Source of the DNA: Eledone cirrhosa
Taxonomy: Eukaryota
Length of the DNA: 64,000 nt
Assembly (NCBI GenBank): GCA_964016885.1
Contig: OZ024757.1
Span: 12,710,001 to 12,774,000 of the forward strand
Direction of reading: 5' to 3'
The notes below the pieces were generated by a model. It saw only the letters and a list, made by a program, of their open reading frames with translations. It searched no databases and had not been told where the DNA came from. Positions 44,513 to 56,400 of this stretch are shown piece by piece (positions within the stretch are counted from its first letter, which is position 1; every line of letters starts with the position of its first letter). The position numbers were made by a program, and so were the translations under genes.

Positions 44513-44634
44513 GTAGATAAATCTACCAATTTCCATGATATCCGGCATATATATCCTAGAAACGATCGTTAAATAATGAACTTTTTTTGTTTAATATAAG
44601 GAACTGTTTCATTGTTTTATTCATTATTTTTTTA

Positions 44635-44696
<62 letters not shown>

Positions 44697-44699
<3 letters not shown>

Positions 44700-45321
44700 C
44701 AAGCTACATAGTTATTCTGTTAGCATAAGCTAGGTGAATGTATGAGCGCTTAGAAAAAAGACCTTTCGAGATGAATCCAAATGTGAGAAAGAGAGAAAAT
44801 GTTTTCGTCGCGAACGGGGTGAAGTGAGAAGGGGAGAAACAGTGAGTGAGTGAGTGGAAGTGTGAGGAAGAGTTAACTGACATGACAGAGGGGGCGAAAG
44901 AAAGTAGGAGAAACAGAGAGAACGAGGGAGTAGTAAGAGAGAGAGAGAGAAAAAAACAAAATCGCAGTTTAGGTAAATATATGTGAAAAAATGGGGAGAA
45001 GAATACTGCAGGTTGCACATGGATAACATGTAATAAAATTAGTCCCTCATCAGTGATTTGCCGACGATCATAGATATTTCATTGCATTAAAAATCATATA
45101 CCTCACGTCGGTGCAATAATAACTAAATTAAGTTATTAGGACAATTAAAATGCGTAAAGCGAGTGAGACAAGTAAACAACGAAGAGGAGAGCTAACCGTA
45201 GAGAGGAAGGGAACAAGCTACATAGTTATTCTGTTAGCATAAGCTAGGTGAATATATGAACGCTTAGAAAAAAGACCTTTCGAGATGAATCCAAATGTGA
45301 GAAAGAAAGAAAAAAAGAGAG

Positions 45322-45363
<42 letters not shown>

Positions 45364-47238
45364 CTCTCTGTTTTTCTTTCTCACATTTGGATTCATCTCG
45401 AAAGGTCTTTTTTCTAAGCGCTCATATATTCACCTAGCTTATGCTAACAGAATAACTATGTAGCTTGTTCCCTTCCTCTCTACGGTTAGCTCTCCTCTTC
45501 GTTGTTTACTTGTCTCACTCGCTTTACGCGTTTTAATTGTCCTAATAACTTAATTTAGTTATTATTGCACCGACGTGAGGTATATGATTTTTAATGCAAT
45601 GAAATATCTATGATCGTCGGCAAATCACTGATGAGGGACTAATTTTATTACATGTTATCCATGTGCAACCTGCAGTATTCTTCTCCCCATTTTTTCACAT
45701 ATATTTACCTAAACTGCGATTTTGTTTTTTTCTCTCTCTCTCTCTCTTACTACTCCCTCGTTCTCTCTGTTTCTCCTACTTTCTTTCGCCCCCTCTGTCA
45801 TGTCAGTTAACTCTTCCTCACACTTCCACTCACTCACTCACTGTTTCTCCCCTTCTCACTTCACCCCGTTCGCGACGAAAACATTTTCTCTCTTTCTCAC
45901 ATTTGGATTCATCTCGAAAGGTCTTTTTTCTAAGCGCTCATATATTCACCTAGCTTATGCTAACAGAATAACTATGTAGCTTGTTCCCTTCCTCTCTACG
46001 GTTAGCTCTCCTCTTCGTTGTTTACTTGTCTCACTCGCTTTACGCGTTTTAATTGTCCTAATAACTTAATTTAGTTATTATTGCACCGACGTGAGGTATA
46101 TGATTTTTAATGCAATGAAATATCTATGATCGTCGGCAAATCACTGATGAGGGACTCATTTTATTACATGTTATCCATGTGCAACCTGCAGTATTCTTCT
46201 CCCCATTTTTTCACATATATTTACCTAAACTGCGATTTTGTTTTTTTCTCTCTCTCTCTCTCTCTTACTACTCCCTCGTTCTCTCTGTTTTTCCTACTTT
46301 CTTTCGCCCCCTCTGTCATGTCAGTTAACTCTTCCTCACACTTCCACTCACTCACTCACTGTTTCTCCCCTTCTCACTTCACCCCGTTCGCGACGAAAAC
46401 ATTTTCTCTCTTTCTCACATTTGGATTCATCTCGAAAGGTCTTTTTTCTAAGCGCTCATATATTCACCTAGCTTATGCTAACAGAATAACTATGTAGCTT
46501 GTTCCCTTCCTCTCTACGGTTAGCTCTCCTCTTCGTTGTTTACTTGTCTCACTCGCTTTACGCGTTTTAATTGTCCTAATAACTTAATTTAGTTATTATT
46601 GCACCGACGTGAGGTATATGATTTTTAATGCAATGAAATATCTATGATCGTCGGCAAATCACTGATGAGGGACTCATTTTATTACATGTTATCCATGTGC
46701 AACCTGCAGTATTCTTCTCCCCATTTTTTCACATATATTTACCTAAACTGCGATTTTGTTTTTTTCTCTCTCTCTCTTACTACTCCCTCGTTCTCTCTGT
46801 TTTTCCTACTTTCTTTCGCCCCCTCTGTCATGTCAGTTAACTCTTCCTCACACTTCCACTCACTCACTCACTGTTTCTCCCCTTCTCACTTCACCCCGTT
46901 CGCGACGAAAACATTTTCTCTCTTTCTCACATTTGGATTCATCTCGAAAGGTCTTATTTCTAAGCGCTCATATATTCACCTAGCTTATGCTAACAGAATA
47001 ACTATGTAGCTTGTTCCCTTCCTCTCTACGGTTAGCTCTCCTCTTCGTTGTTTACTTGTCTCACTCGCTTTACGCGTTTTAATTGTCCTAATAACTTAAT
47101 TTAGTTATTATTGCACCGACGTGAGGTATATGATTTTTAATGCAATGAAATATCTATGATCGTCGGCAAATCACTGATGAGGGACTCATTTTATTACATG
47201 TTATCCATGTGCAACCTGCAGTATTCTTCTCCCCATTT

Positions 47239-47243
<5 letters not shown>
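44697..47243. repeat. 512-518 bp tandem repeat: ~3.6 copies on + (45362-47243) and ~1.2 inverted copies (44697-45322) around a (TA)n centre
   Basis: Marker cacatttggattcatc at 45382, 45898, 46416 and 46928. Confidence 0.95.
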
Positions 47244-47280
<37 letters not shown>

Positions 47281-47498
47281 AAGTATGTATGTATGTATAC
47301 GTACATACATATATGTATACAGACGTACAGTAGTATGTATATATATACATACATGCACACATATATATATATGTACGTATCAGTTTACCGAACATTTATT
47401 ATAATGCTCGGTTTGTTTGTTTGTAAACAAACAGCCCAAATTACGCCGTACAGTGTTTAGGCAACCACGTCACCTTTTTGTTCAACACTGACACAGGA

Positions 47499-47541
47499 AC
47501 GATGTACTAATTTCAAGCTTATTAGCTATCATCAGCATCGT
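47499..47541 (-). ncRNA. Minimal type I hammerhead ribozyme motif
   Basis: acgatg CTGATGA t agct aata agct t GAAA tta GTA catcgt. Confidence 0.8.
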
Positions 47542-48067
47542 ATGCCTTCCTGCCATATGGTTGAACGCCTGAAAGTATATACTTTCCTTATGCATATTAA
47601 CGGCTGAGCAGCTTAATTTGCATATCGATTGAGATCAGTCGGCTGGGCACACCGAAAACGATAAATGGAATAGAATGAAACGAAATTTCATTTCTCACTC
47701 TTAGTACGGCACTTACTTAAATGAAAGTATGTATGTATGTATACGTACATACTTATATGTATACAGACGTACAGTAGTATGTATATATATATATACATAC
47801 ATGCACACATATATATATGCACGTATCGGTTTACCGAACATTTATTATAATGTTCGGTTTATTTGTTTGTAAACAAACAAACAGCCCGAATTACGCCATA
47901 CAGTGTTTAGGCAACCACGTCACCTTCGTTTCATTCTATTCCATTTATCGTTTTCGGTGTGCCCGGCCGACTGAACTCACTCAATATGCAAATTAGGCTG
48001 CTCAGCCGTTAATATGCATAAGGAAAGTATATACTTTCAGACGTTCAACCATCTGGCAGGAAGGTAT

Positions 48068-48110
48068 ACGATGCTGACGATAGCTAATAAGCTTGAAATT
48101 AGTACATTGT
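48068..48110 (+). ncRNA. Minimal type I hammerhead ribozyme motif (inverted copy)
   Basis: acgatg CTGACGA t agct aata agct t GAAA tta GTA cattgt. Confidence 0.8.
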
Positions 48111-48314
48111 TCCTGTGTCAGTGTTGAACAAAAAGGTGACGTGGTTGCCTAAACACTGTACGGCGTAATTCGGGCTGTTTGTTTGTTTACAAACAAACAA
48201 ACCGAACATTATAATAAATGTTCGGTAAACCGATACGTGCATATGTATATGTGTGCATGTATGTATATATACACATACTACTGTACGTCTGTATACATAT
48301 ATCTATGTACGTAT

Positions 48315-48397
<83 letters not shown>

Positions 48398-48518
48398 TAT
48401 ATAGAACAATAAAATATGGCACCAGATGTTCAACCCAAGACCTTATGATTGAGAACAGCACACCTGTAACCTCTATATATCTTCACACAGACTTTCTGAT
48501 AAAGACAGAAGTACCCAC

Positions 48519-48656
48519 CTGACTGACAGTTGTCTCCCCTGAAACCAGCTGCACATCCAACACTAGAACACACCCCAGATTTAATGTCGCAATGATCGTT
48601 GTCAGCACAGTGGCACAAATACTGCCAGTTCAAGCCAAAATAACCCTTTTCACATT
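48519..48656 (-). CDS. 138-bp phase 1-1 exon encoding an EGF-like/laminin-EGF module (MEGF/Draper-like repeat)
   Basis: (t)n cAG acceptor and GTGGGT donor; CEKGYFGLNWQYLCHCADNDHCDIKSGVCSSVGCAAGFRGDNCQS. Confidence 0.85.
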
Positions 48657-48783
48657 CTGAAAAAAAAAAAAAAAAAAATAGAATTATATACACAACATAT
48701 ATATAAAATTATACACAATAACACATATATACAATTATACACAGCTATAACATACATATACACAATTATACATAACTATAATG

Positions 48784-49135
48784 CCAATGTGCGTGAATGG
48801 CCAAGCATAGACGAGTTGAGAAAGAAACTGGGTATAAGAGGGATAAGTTGTGGTGTGCAGGAGAGAAGGCTGAGCTGAGATGGTATGGACATGTGATGTG
48901 CATGGAGGATGACCGCTGGGTAAAGAAGTGCCAAGAAATCCCAGTAGAAGGAAGACGCAGTAGTGGTAGACCATGAAAAACATGGGTGGAGGTGGTGAGA
49001 GCAGACCTCAAATTGCTGAAACTCACAGAGGAGATGACAAGGGACCGTGACGAATGAAGAGATGCCATGCTTAATAAGACCCGTCCCACCCTTGCAAGCA
49101 GGGAAAAGCGGACATAAAATGATGATGATGATGAT
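48784..49135 (+). mobile_element. RTE lineage A 3' end with (TGA)n tail
   Basis: Reverse match to 53480-53830. Confidence 0.9.
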
Positions 49136-49321
49136 AATAATAACATTATTGTGTACAGTGCTCAGGTGCACTACAACTCATCAATGGTGAATGTATAGTA
49201 CATTAGTGAACAGACAGTGAACAGTGTATGAGTCATGAGATACACACAGACACATGTATGCGTGTGTATGGAGGGGAATATCAGGTGTAGTGTTGGCGCA
49301 AAAAAAAAAATAAAAGGAAAT

Positions 49322-49378
49322 GCTTACAGCACCTAGGTTTCTCAAGTGGTTTCCCATCTAAGTACTAACTAGGCTCGA
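49322..49378 (-). pseudogene. 5S rRNA 3'-half pseudogene fragment
   Basis: gcctagttagtacttagatgggaaaccacttgagaaacctaggtgctgtaagc resembles the 5S 3' half; followed by T-runs. Confidence 0.75.
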
Positions 49379-49399
49379 GTCAAGATATATGTGTGTGTG

Positions 49400-49612
49400 T
49401 GTATGTATGTATGGAGGGGGAATATCAGGTGCAGTGTTGGCGAATTTCAGGCAGCATTGAGGTTTTAAAGGATGTAGTGTCCCGGCAGCTAACAACTGAT
49501 GCAGGTAGTTTGTTCCATGCTTCAGTGAATTTCAGGAAGCATGGAGGTTTTAAAGGATGCAGTGTCCTGGCAGCACACAACTGATGCGGGTAGTTTGTTC
49601 CATGCTTCAGCA
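49400..49612 (-). mobile_element. CR1/L2-like LINE ORF2 C-terminal remnant, partly duplicated
   Basis: EAWNKLPASVVSCRDTTSFKTSM fits the WNxLP...SFK terminus. Confidence 0.55.
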
Positions 49613-49989
49613 AATTTTTATATATATCGATTGACCAACAGTTAAAAAATATAAATATAAATATAGTTTCTCAGAGTTTTTTCATCACACATCTGTGACA
49701 TCATCAGCGATATTTCTATGCTTGTCATATTCCTGTGATGTTTTCTTATTCTATTTTATTTATTTGCAGTAGTTCCAACGTAAAAGACTTTCATAATAGT
49801 TGATCACTATAAATAACAGTTAGGAAAACCAGATAAAGTACATGTGGAGATAGAAAGAAGTAGACGGAGGGTCCTGTAAGGAACAGGTGTAAGTTTGCTT
49901 CCTTGCAAATACTTCTGTCTACATCTACCTTTCTCCTGAGATACCCACATTAACCTGTCACCTGTAGTCCATTACTGTCTACCAGGAAT

Positions 49990-50165
49990 AATAATTGTTT
50001 CTACTTTAGGCACAAGGTCAGCAATTATCCCAGTGTATTACTGGTACTTTATTTTATCGACCCCGTAAGGATGAAAGGCAAAGTTAACTTCGGCGGGATT
50101 TGAACTCAGATTGTAAAGGGACATAACTATGCTGGAAAGCACGGCATCCGACTCTCTACTGATAC
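49990..50165 (-). mobile_element. tRNA-derived SINE, second family
   Basis: B box gagttcaaatccc; core gcctttcatccttacggggtcgataaaataaagtacc; tail fragments also at ~20753 and ~28278. Confidence 0.75.
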
Positions 50166-50167
50166 TG

Positions 50168-50622
50168 CCATAATATAGTTAGACTAGTTAGTAGTAAAAA
50201 TAAAAGACTATTAAACATATGTAGTCATTAATAATATATAGTTTGTAGTAAAAGTAAAAGACTATTAAACATATGTAGTCATTAATAATATATAGTTAGT
50301 AGTAAAAGACTATTAAACATATGTAGTCATTAATAATATAGTTATACTAGTTAGTAGTAAAAGTAAAAGAGTAATAAACCTATGTAGTCATTAATAATAT
50401 AGTTATACTAGTTAGTAGTAAAAGTAAAAGAGTATTAAACATATGTAGTCATTAATAATATAGTTATACTAGTTAGTAGTAAAACTAAAAGAGTATTAAA
50501 CATATGTAGTCATTAATAATATAGGTATACTAGTTAGTAGTAAAAGTGAAAGAGTAATACACCTATGTAGCCATTAATAATATAGTTATACTAGTTAGTA
50601 GTAAAAGTAAAAGAGTATTAAA
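50168..50622. repeat. 61-bp AT-rich minisatellite, ~7.5 copies
   Basis: taataatatagttatactagttagtagtaaaagtaaaagagtattaaacatatgtagtcat; copies at 50331 and 50392. Confidence 0.95.
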
Positions 50623-50627
50623 CCAAC

Positions 50628-50765
50628 CAGTTTGACAATCAGTTCCTATATAGCCTGGTTCACAGTTGCCCTCTTCACAAACACCATTGGTTCTGTTGCA
50701 GTATTTACTTTCTTCAGAATGACAAACCTTTTGACAGTTAGACCCAAAAGTATTGCTTGGACAGA
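50628..50765 (-). CDS. 138-bp phase 1-1 exon encoding an EGF-like module (absent from the ORF track)
   Basis: tttatttcatccAG acceptor and GTTGGT donor; CPSNTFGSNCQKVCHSEESKYCNRTNGVCEEGNCEPGYIGTDCQT. Confidence 0.85.
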
Positions 50766-51002
50766 CTGGATGAAATAAAGGATCATACAGAAATTTAGTA
50801 AATTTAACCCTTTAGCATTTACATTACTTTATATATATATATACTATTGTATTTTTACAGTAAACACTTTATCACATAATATGGAATCTACGAGATTTTG
50901 ATGATGATATTATTTATTTTGAGAAGAATACCTTAATGTCAGTATTAGTGACCGGTTATTGAAAGAAGTCAATATATAACCCTTTAGCATTTACATTACT
51001 CA

Positions 51003-53476
51003 TAGACATTCAATGTAGAAGAGAACTGGGAGTTCCTAAAAAATAACTTACTAGAGGCGACGGATGAGGTCTGTGGCTGGAGAAAGACCTCAAGCAGGAG
51101 GAGAGTGACTTGGTGGTGGAACAATAAAGTAGATGAGGCAGTTACGGCCAAGAGACAGGCATGGAAAGAATAGAAGAATGGGCGGAGCAGGGTACATTAC
51201 ATAGAGACCAAGAGGGAAGCTAGGCGACAAGTATACTTAGCTAGGAGGGAAGCAGAGGATAGAAAATTCAAGCATGTTTTGCAACGTAAGGACCAGGAAC
51301 AGGAGGTGTTCAAGATTGCGAGGCAGTGTGTCAGAGAGAATTGTGATGTCATTGGAGAGAGGTGTATCCGGAATGATAAAGGAGAGCTTGCCCTCACAAG
51401 TGCTGAGAAGAAAGATGCATGGAAGAGTCATTATGATAGATTACTAAATGAGGAGAATGCATGAGAAGAAGAGACCCTACCCCAAGTAGACCCTATAGAG
51501 GGGCCAGCAGTACAAGTCAGCAGCAGCGTAGTAAGTAAGGCAATCAAAGATATGAAGATGGAGAAGGCAACCGGTCCATCGGGTATAGCTGCCGAGATGC
51601 TGAAGCATCTGGGTCTGTAGGTCACACTATAACCACACGTATTGTTAACCAGGTAATACTAGAAGGTGTCATACCAAAAGATTGGTGCAGTAGCATCATT
51701 GTCAACTGCTACAAAGGTAAAGGTGATGCACTAGATAGAGGAAACTATAGAGGTATAAAGCTGATGGACCAGGTCATGAAAGTAACAGAAAGAGTTATAG
51801 TACAGTTGATTAGGGACCGGGTGAAACTAGATGAGATGCAATTTGGGTTTGTACCAGGAAGAGGCACCACTGATGCCCTCTTCCTTGTGAGGCAGTTACA
51901 GGAAAAGTACCTAGCTAAAAGCAAGCCACTCTACCTGGCATTTGTCGATCTTGAGAAAGCCACGTGCTGTAATCTGGTGGGCTCTTAGAAAACTAGGAGT
52001 AGATGAATGGCTTGTGAAAGCGGTACAAGCCATGTATAGGGGAGCAGTCAGCAAAGTTAGGATTAGCAATGAGTATAGCGAGGAATTTAGCGTACAGGTT
52101 GGGGTCCACCAGGGCTCTGTTCTTAGCCCCCTCCTGTTCATCATAGTCCTGCAGGCAATAACGGAGGAGTTTAAGACCGGATGCCCATGGGAACTCCTGT
52201 ATGCTGATGACCTCGCACTTATAGCTGAATCTATGGTAGAGCTAGAGAAGAAATTCCAAACTTGGAAGCAGAGACTAGAAAGAAAGGGTCTCAAAGTCAA
52301 CATGACAAAGACTAAGGTCCTTGTAGGTAGACGAGAAAACAGAACCCAGATCCCCTCAGGGAAATGGCCTTGCTCAGTATGTAGGAAAGGTGTAGGTAGG
52401 AACTCCATTCTCTGCCCCAAATGCAAACAATGGGTACACAAGAGATGTAGCGGGATCTCAGGAAGCTTAATTAAGAATGTAGGCTTCACATGCAACAGCT
52501 GTGCTGGGACAGCAAGCAGCAAACAGCCACAGGAAACAAGTACCACCAATCTCTGGGAGGGCTCTGTAGAAACAGTAGACAGCTTCTGCTACCTAGGTGA
52601 CCGAATTAGCAGCGGAGGTGGGTGTTCAGAAAGTACAATAACTAGGATAAGAACGGGATGGAAGAAGTTTAGGGAACTACTACCACTGCTAGCTGCAAAA
52701 GGCTTCTCCCTCAGAATGAAAGGCAGACTGTATGATGCGTGTATCCGAACAGCAATGTTGCATGGTAGTGAGACCTGGGCGCTGAAGGTGGAAGACTTAC
52801 GTAGATTAGAGAGAAACGAAGCCTGCATGCTCCGATGGATGTGTAACAGTAATATACGTGAACGACAAAGCATAAATGAATTGAGAGAGACACTGAGCAT
52901 AAGAGGAATCAAATGCTGTTTGCAGGAGAGGCGGTTGCGCTGGTATGGACATGTGATGCGTATGAAGGATGACAGCTGCATAAAAAGGTGCAGAGCACTA
53001 GAAGTCGATGGAAACCGCGGAGTGGGGAGACCCAAGATGACCTGGGATGAGGTGATAAAAGCCGACCTTACCCAAATTACACCTCTCAAAGGCAATGACA
53101 CACGACCGTGACCTCTGGCGTCACGCAGTAATACAGAGTACCCGACCTCCCATGGGTACAAGCTGAAGCATATAGACAATATGCCCCCACACCCCCAACC
53201 GCAAGGTGGTCGTGGAGGTGCCCAGGCAAAAAAGCAACCAGCCCATACTGTAAGGTGGACGTGTAGGCGCCACGAAAAAGCACCCACACTCACTGTAAAT
53301 GAGGTTGGTGTTAGGAAGGGCATCCAGCTGTAGAAATCAAGCCAAATCAGTTCCTGTATGAGCAAGGCATAGTCAGCCGACCAGACACTGCCCACAACAG
53401 GACAACCCGTCTAACCCATGCTAGCGTGGAAGAACGGACGTAAAACGGTGATGATGATGATGATGACGATGATGAT
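51003..53476 (+). mobile_element. RTE LINE lineage B, 5'-truncated, with RT, PHD-like finger, 3'UTR and (TGA)n tail
   Basis: ORF 51942..53111 with QGSVLSP, YADD and CSVC..CPKC..HKRC..CNSC. Confidence 0.95.
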
Positions 53477-56400
53477 ATCATCATCATCATCATCATCATC
53501 ATTTTACGTTCGCTTTTCCCTGCTTGCAAGGGTGGGACGGGTCTTATTCAGCACAGCATCTCTCCACTCGTCACGGTCCCTCGTCATCTCCACCGTGAGC
53601 TTCAATGATCTGAGGTCTGTTCTCACCACCTCCGCCCATGTTTTTCGTGGTCTACCTCTGCCACGTCTTCCTTCAACTGGCAATTCCTGGCACTTCTTCA
53701 CCCATCGGTCATCCTCCATGCGCATCACATGTCCATACCACCTCAGTCTCCTCTCCCGTACACTACATTCTATCCCTCTCAGACACAGTTTCTCTCTCAA
53801 CACATTTATGCTGGGTCGTTCACGCACATTTACACTGCACATCCAACGGAGCATGCTTGCCTCATTTCTATCCAGCCGTCGCATATCCTCTGCAGTTGCT
53901 GCCCATGTCTCACTACCATGCAGCATCGCGCTCCTCACACAAGCATCATACAACCGGCCTTTCGTACGCAGGGAGAAACCCTTCTTCGTCAACAGAGGAA
54001 GCAGTTCCCTAAACTTCTTCCAACCCGTCCTTATTCTAGATACTATGGCTTCAGAACACCCTCCTACCATGCTAATCTGATCTCCTAGATACCGGAAGCT
54101 ATCCACCACTTCTATAGCGCCCTCCTGCATTTGAAAAATGTGTCTATCAATGCGACTTCTACTGTCTAATTTCCCTGTACATCTACTGCATACATATTTC
54201 TCCCTAACTGTTAGTTTGCCTGCTATCCCGCTACATCTCTTTTGTACCCAGGATCTGCATTGTGTGCATTTTATAGAATTTATGCCAGTTCCTTTTCTGC
54301 ATATCGAACATGGCCATTTCCCTGACAGAATCAGGGTTTTGTCCTCTTTTCTACTCATCAACACTTTTGTCTTAGCTAGATTCACTCTCAGTCCTCTTGC
54401 TTCCAACTGCTGTTTCCATAGCCAGAATTTATTCTCTAGCTCCTCTACTGATTCTGCTATAAGAACCAGATCGTCAGCATAGAGAAGTTCCCATGGACAG
54501 CCAGTCTTAAACTCCTCTGTTATGGCTTGGAGGACTATAATGAACAAGAGCGGGCTGAGGACCGAACCCTGATGTACTCCTACTTGTATCTGGAATTCCT
54601 CACTAAACTCCATTCCTACCCTGACTTTACTGAGAGTACCTCTGTACAAAGTTTGCTCTGTCCTCACAAGCCATTCCTCAACACCTAGCTTCCTTAGGGA
54701 CCACCAGTTGACAGATCCGGGTACCCTATCAAAGGCCTTCTCTAGGTCAACAAAGGCTAAGTATAGTGGCTTATTCTTCCCTAAGAACCTCTCTTGCAAT
54801 TGTCTCACCAAGAAGAGGGCATCTGTTGTACTCTTCCCAGGCACAAAACCAAACTGCATCTCATCTAGTTTGACCCTTTCTCTAATTAGTTGTGCTAAAA
54901 TCCTTTCTGCCACTTTCATAACCTGATCTATCAGTTTCATACCCCTATAATTGCTCCTCTCCAAAGCATCCCCTTTACCTTTGTAGCAACTTATGAGAAT
55001 ACTGCTGCATCAGTCTTTGGGTATGACACCACCATATATAGCCTGATTGATGATGCGTGCAACCAGTTTAGTGCCTACGTCCCCTGATGCCTTCAGCATC
55101 TCAGCAACTATTCCCGATGGTCCGGCAGCCTTACCATTTTTCATTTCCCCAATCGCCTCTTGGACCCTATATTCGTCAATCTCAATAGCTGCTCCCTCTG
55201 TCGGATCTACCAAGGGTAATTTCTCTCTCTCCCATTTGTTCTCCACATTCATCAGTCTCTCATAATGACATTTCCAGGCCTCCTTTTTCTGATCATTCGT
55301 GACACTAAGTACACCGGCATCATCCCGGACACATTTATCTCCAACAACATCCTGATTTGCATTGACACACTGCCTTGCAATGTGGAACACCGCACACCTC
55401 TGATCTTCCCGTCGCAGAACATTGGCAAACCTCCTACTCTCTGCCTCCCTGCGTGTTAAGTACACCTGACGTCTAGCTTCTCTATTAGTGGCTGTATATT
55501 CTTCCCTACTCCCACCCTTTTTCCAAGCCTTCCATGCTAGTCTTTTGTCTCTAATAGCCTTATCTACTGTGCTGTTCCACCACCAGGTCACTCTCTGTCT
55601 GGTTGGAGCTCTGCTCCAGCCACAAGTTTCATCAGTAGCCTGCAGCAAGTTGTAACGTAAGAAATTCCAGTTATTATCTATGTCATACGTCTCTAAATCG
55701 TCTTCTTTTTCGTCATATACATCTTGAAGGGCTTTCCTAAATTTGTATTTTAGTGAAAGGTCTTTTAGCTTCCAGACCTTTCTTCTCCACACCTTCCTAT
55801 ATGTCTCATTCCATCTCTTGCTTACTGAGATATCACTAACAACTAACCTATGCTGTGGGGTACATTCTTCCCCAGGGTATGCCTTGGTACACTATCTGCC
55901 TGTCCCGCTGCCTAACTAGTAAGAAGTCAATCTGGCTTATGTGCTCACCAGATTTGTAGGTTATTAGGTTATTGGCAGGTTTCTGGAAGCTTGTGTTGCA
56001 AATAGTCAATGTACCTGCATCACAAAATTCAAGAAGTCTCACTCCTTCTTCATTTTTTGAACCGTAACCGTGCCCACCATGTACCCCAGTGTAACCATCC
56101 TGGAGCTGTCCAACATCACCATTGAAGTCTCCTGCTAGCATAACGATGTCTCCGTCCTCTGTCATTGCGGTTGTTTGCAAAAGTTGCTCATAAAAGCAGT
56201 CTTTCTCATCTTTGCCTAGGCCTGCTTGGGGAACATAGGCCGATATGATTGTCAGTAGTCTCCTACCTACAACTAATCTAAGCTTAATTATTCGATTACT
56301 AACTCGAACTACCTCTATTGTCTTATTGATCCATTTCTCAGCCAGGAAAATGCCTACTCCACCTAACCCATCATCCTTACCTACCCAGAATAGCTTATAG

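Larger units (their letters stand above)
47279..48320. mobile_element. Retrozyme-like element: ~444-bp unit in partial tandem plus an inverted copy, with hammerheads
   Basis: Unit starts at 47281 and 47725; inversion junction ~47925. Confidence 0.8.

Noticed and set aside
44530-44575. gaaacgatcgtt palindrome resembling a hammerhead stem III
   Set aside because: No CUGANGA core or stem I partner upstream
45598-45640. GAAA..TA tgat..atca CTGATGA in the 516-bp repeat as a type II hammerhead
   Set aside because: No stem II can form, and the homologue at 57634-57728 has CTTATGA, so the core is not conserved
44704-47009. Repeated 75-123 aa ORFs in the 516-bp units
   Set aside because: Low-complexity pyrimidine tracts; frames shift between copies with (CT)n length
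52589-54482. Long antisense ORFs over RTE RT regions (also the second half of 1271..2041 and 10721..11347)
   Set aside because: Shadow frames of the LINE coding strand; no independent motifs
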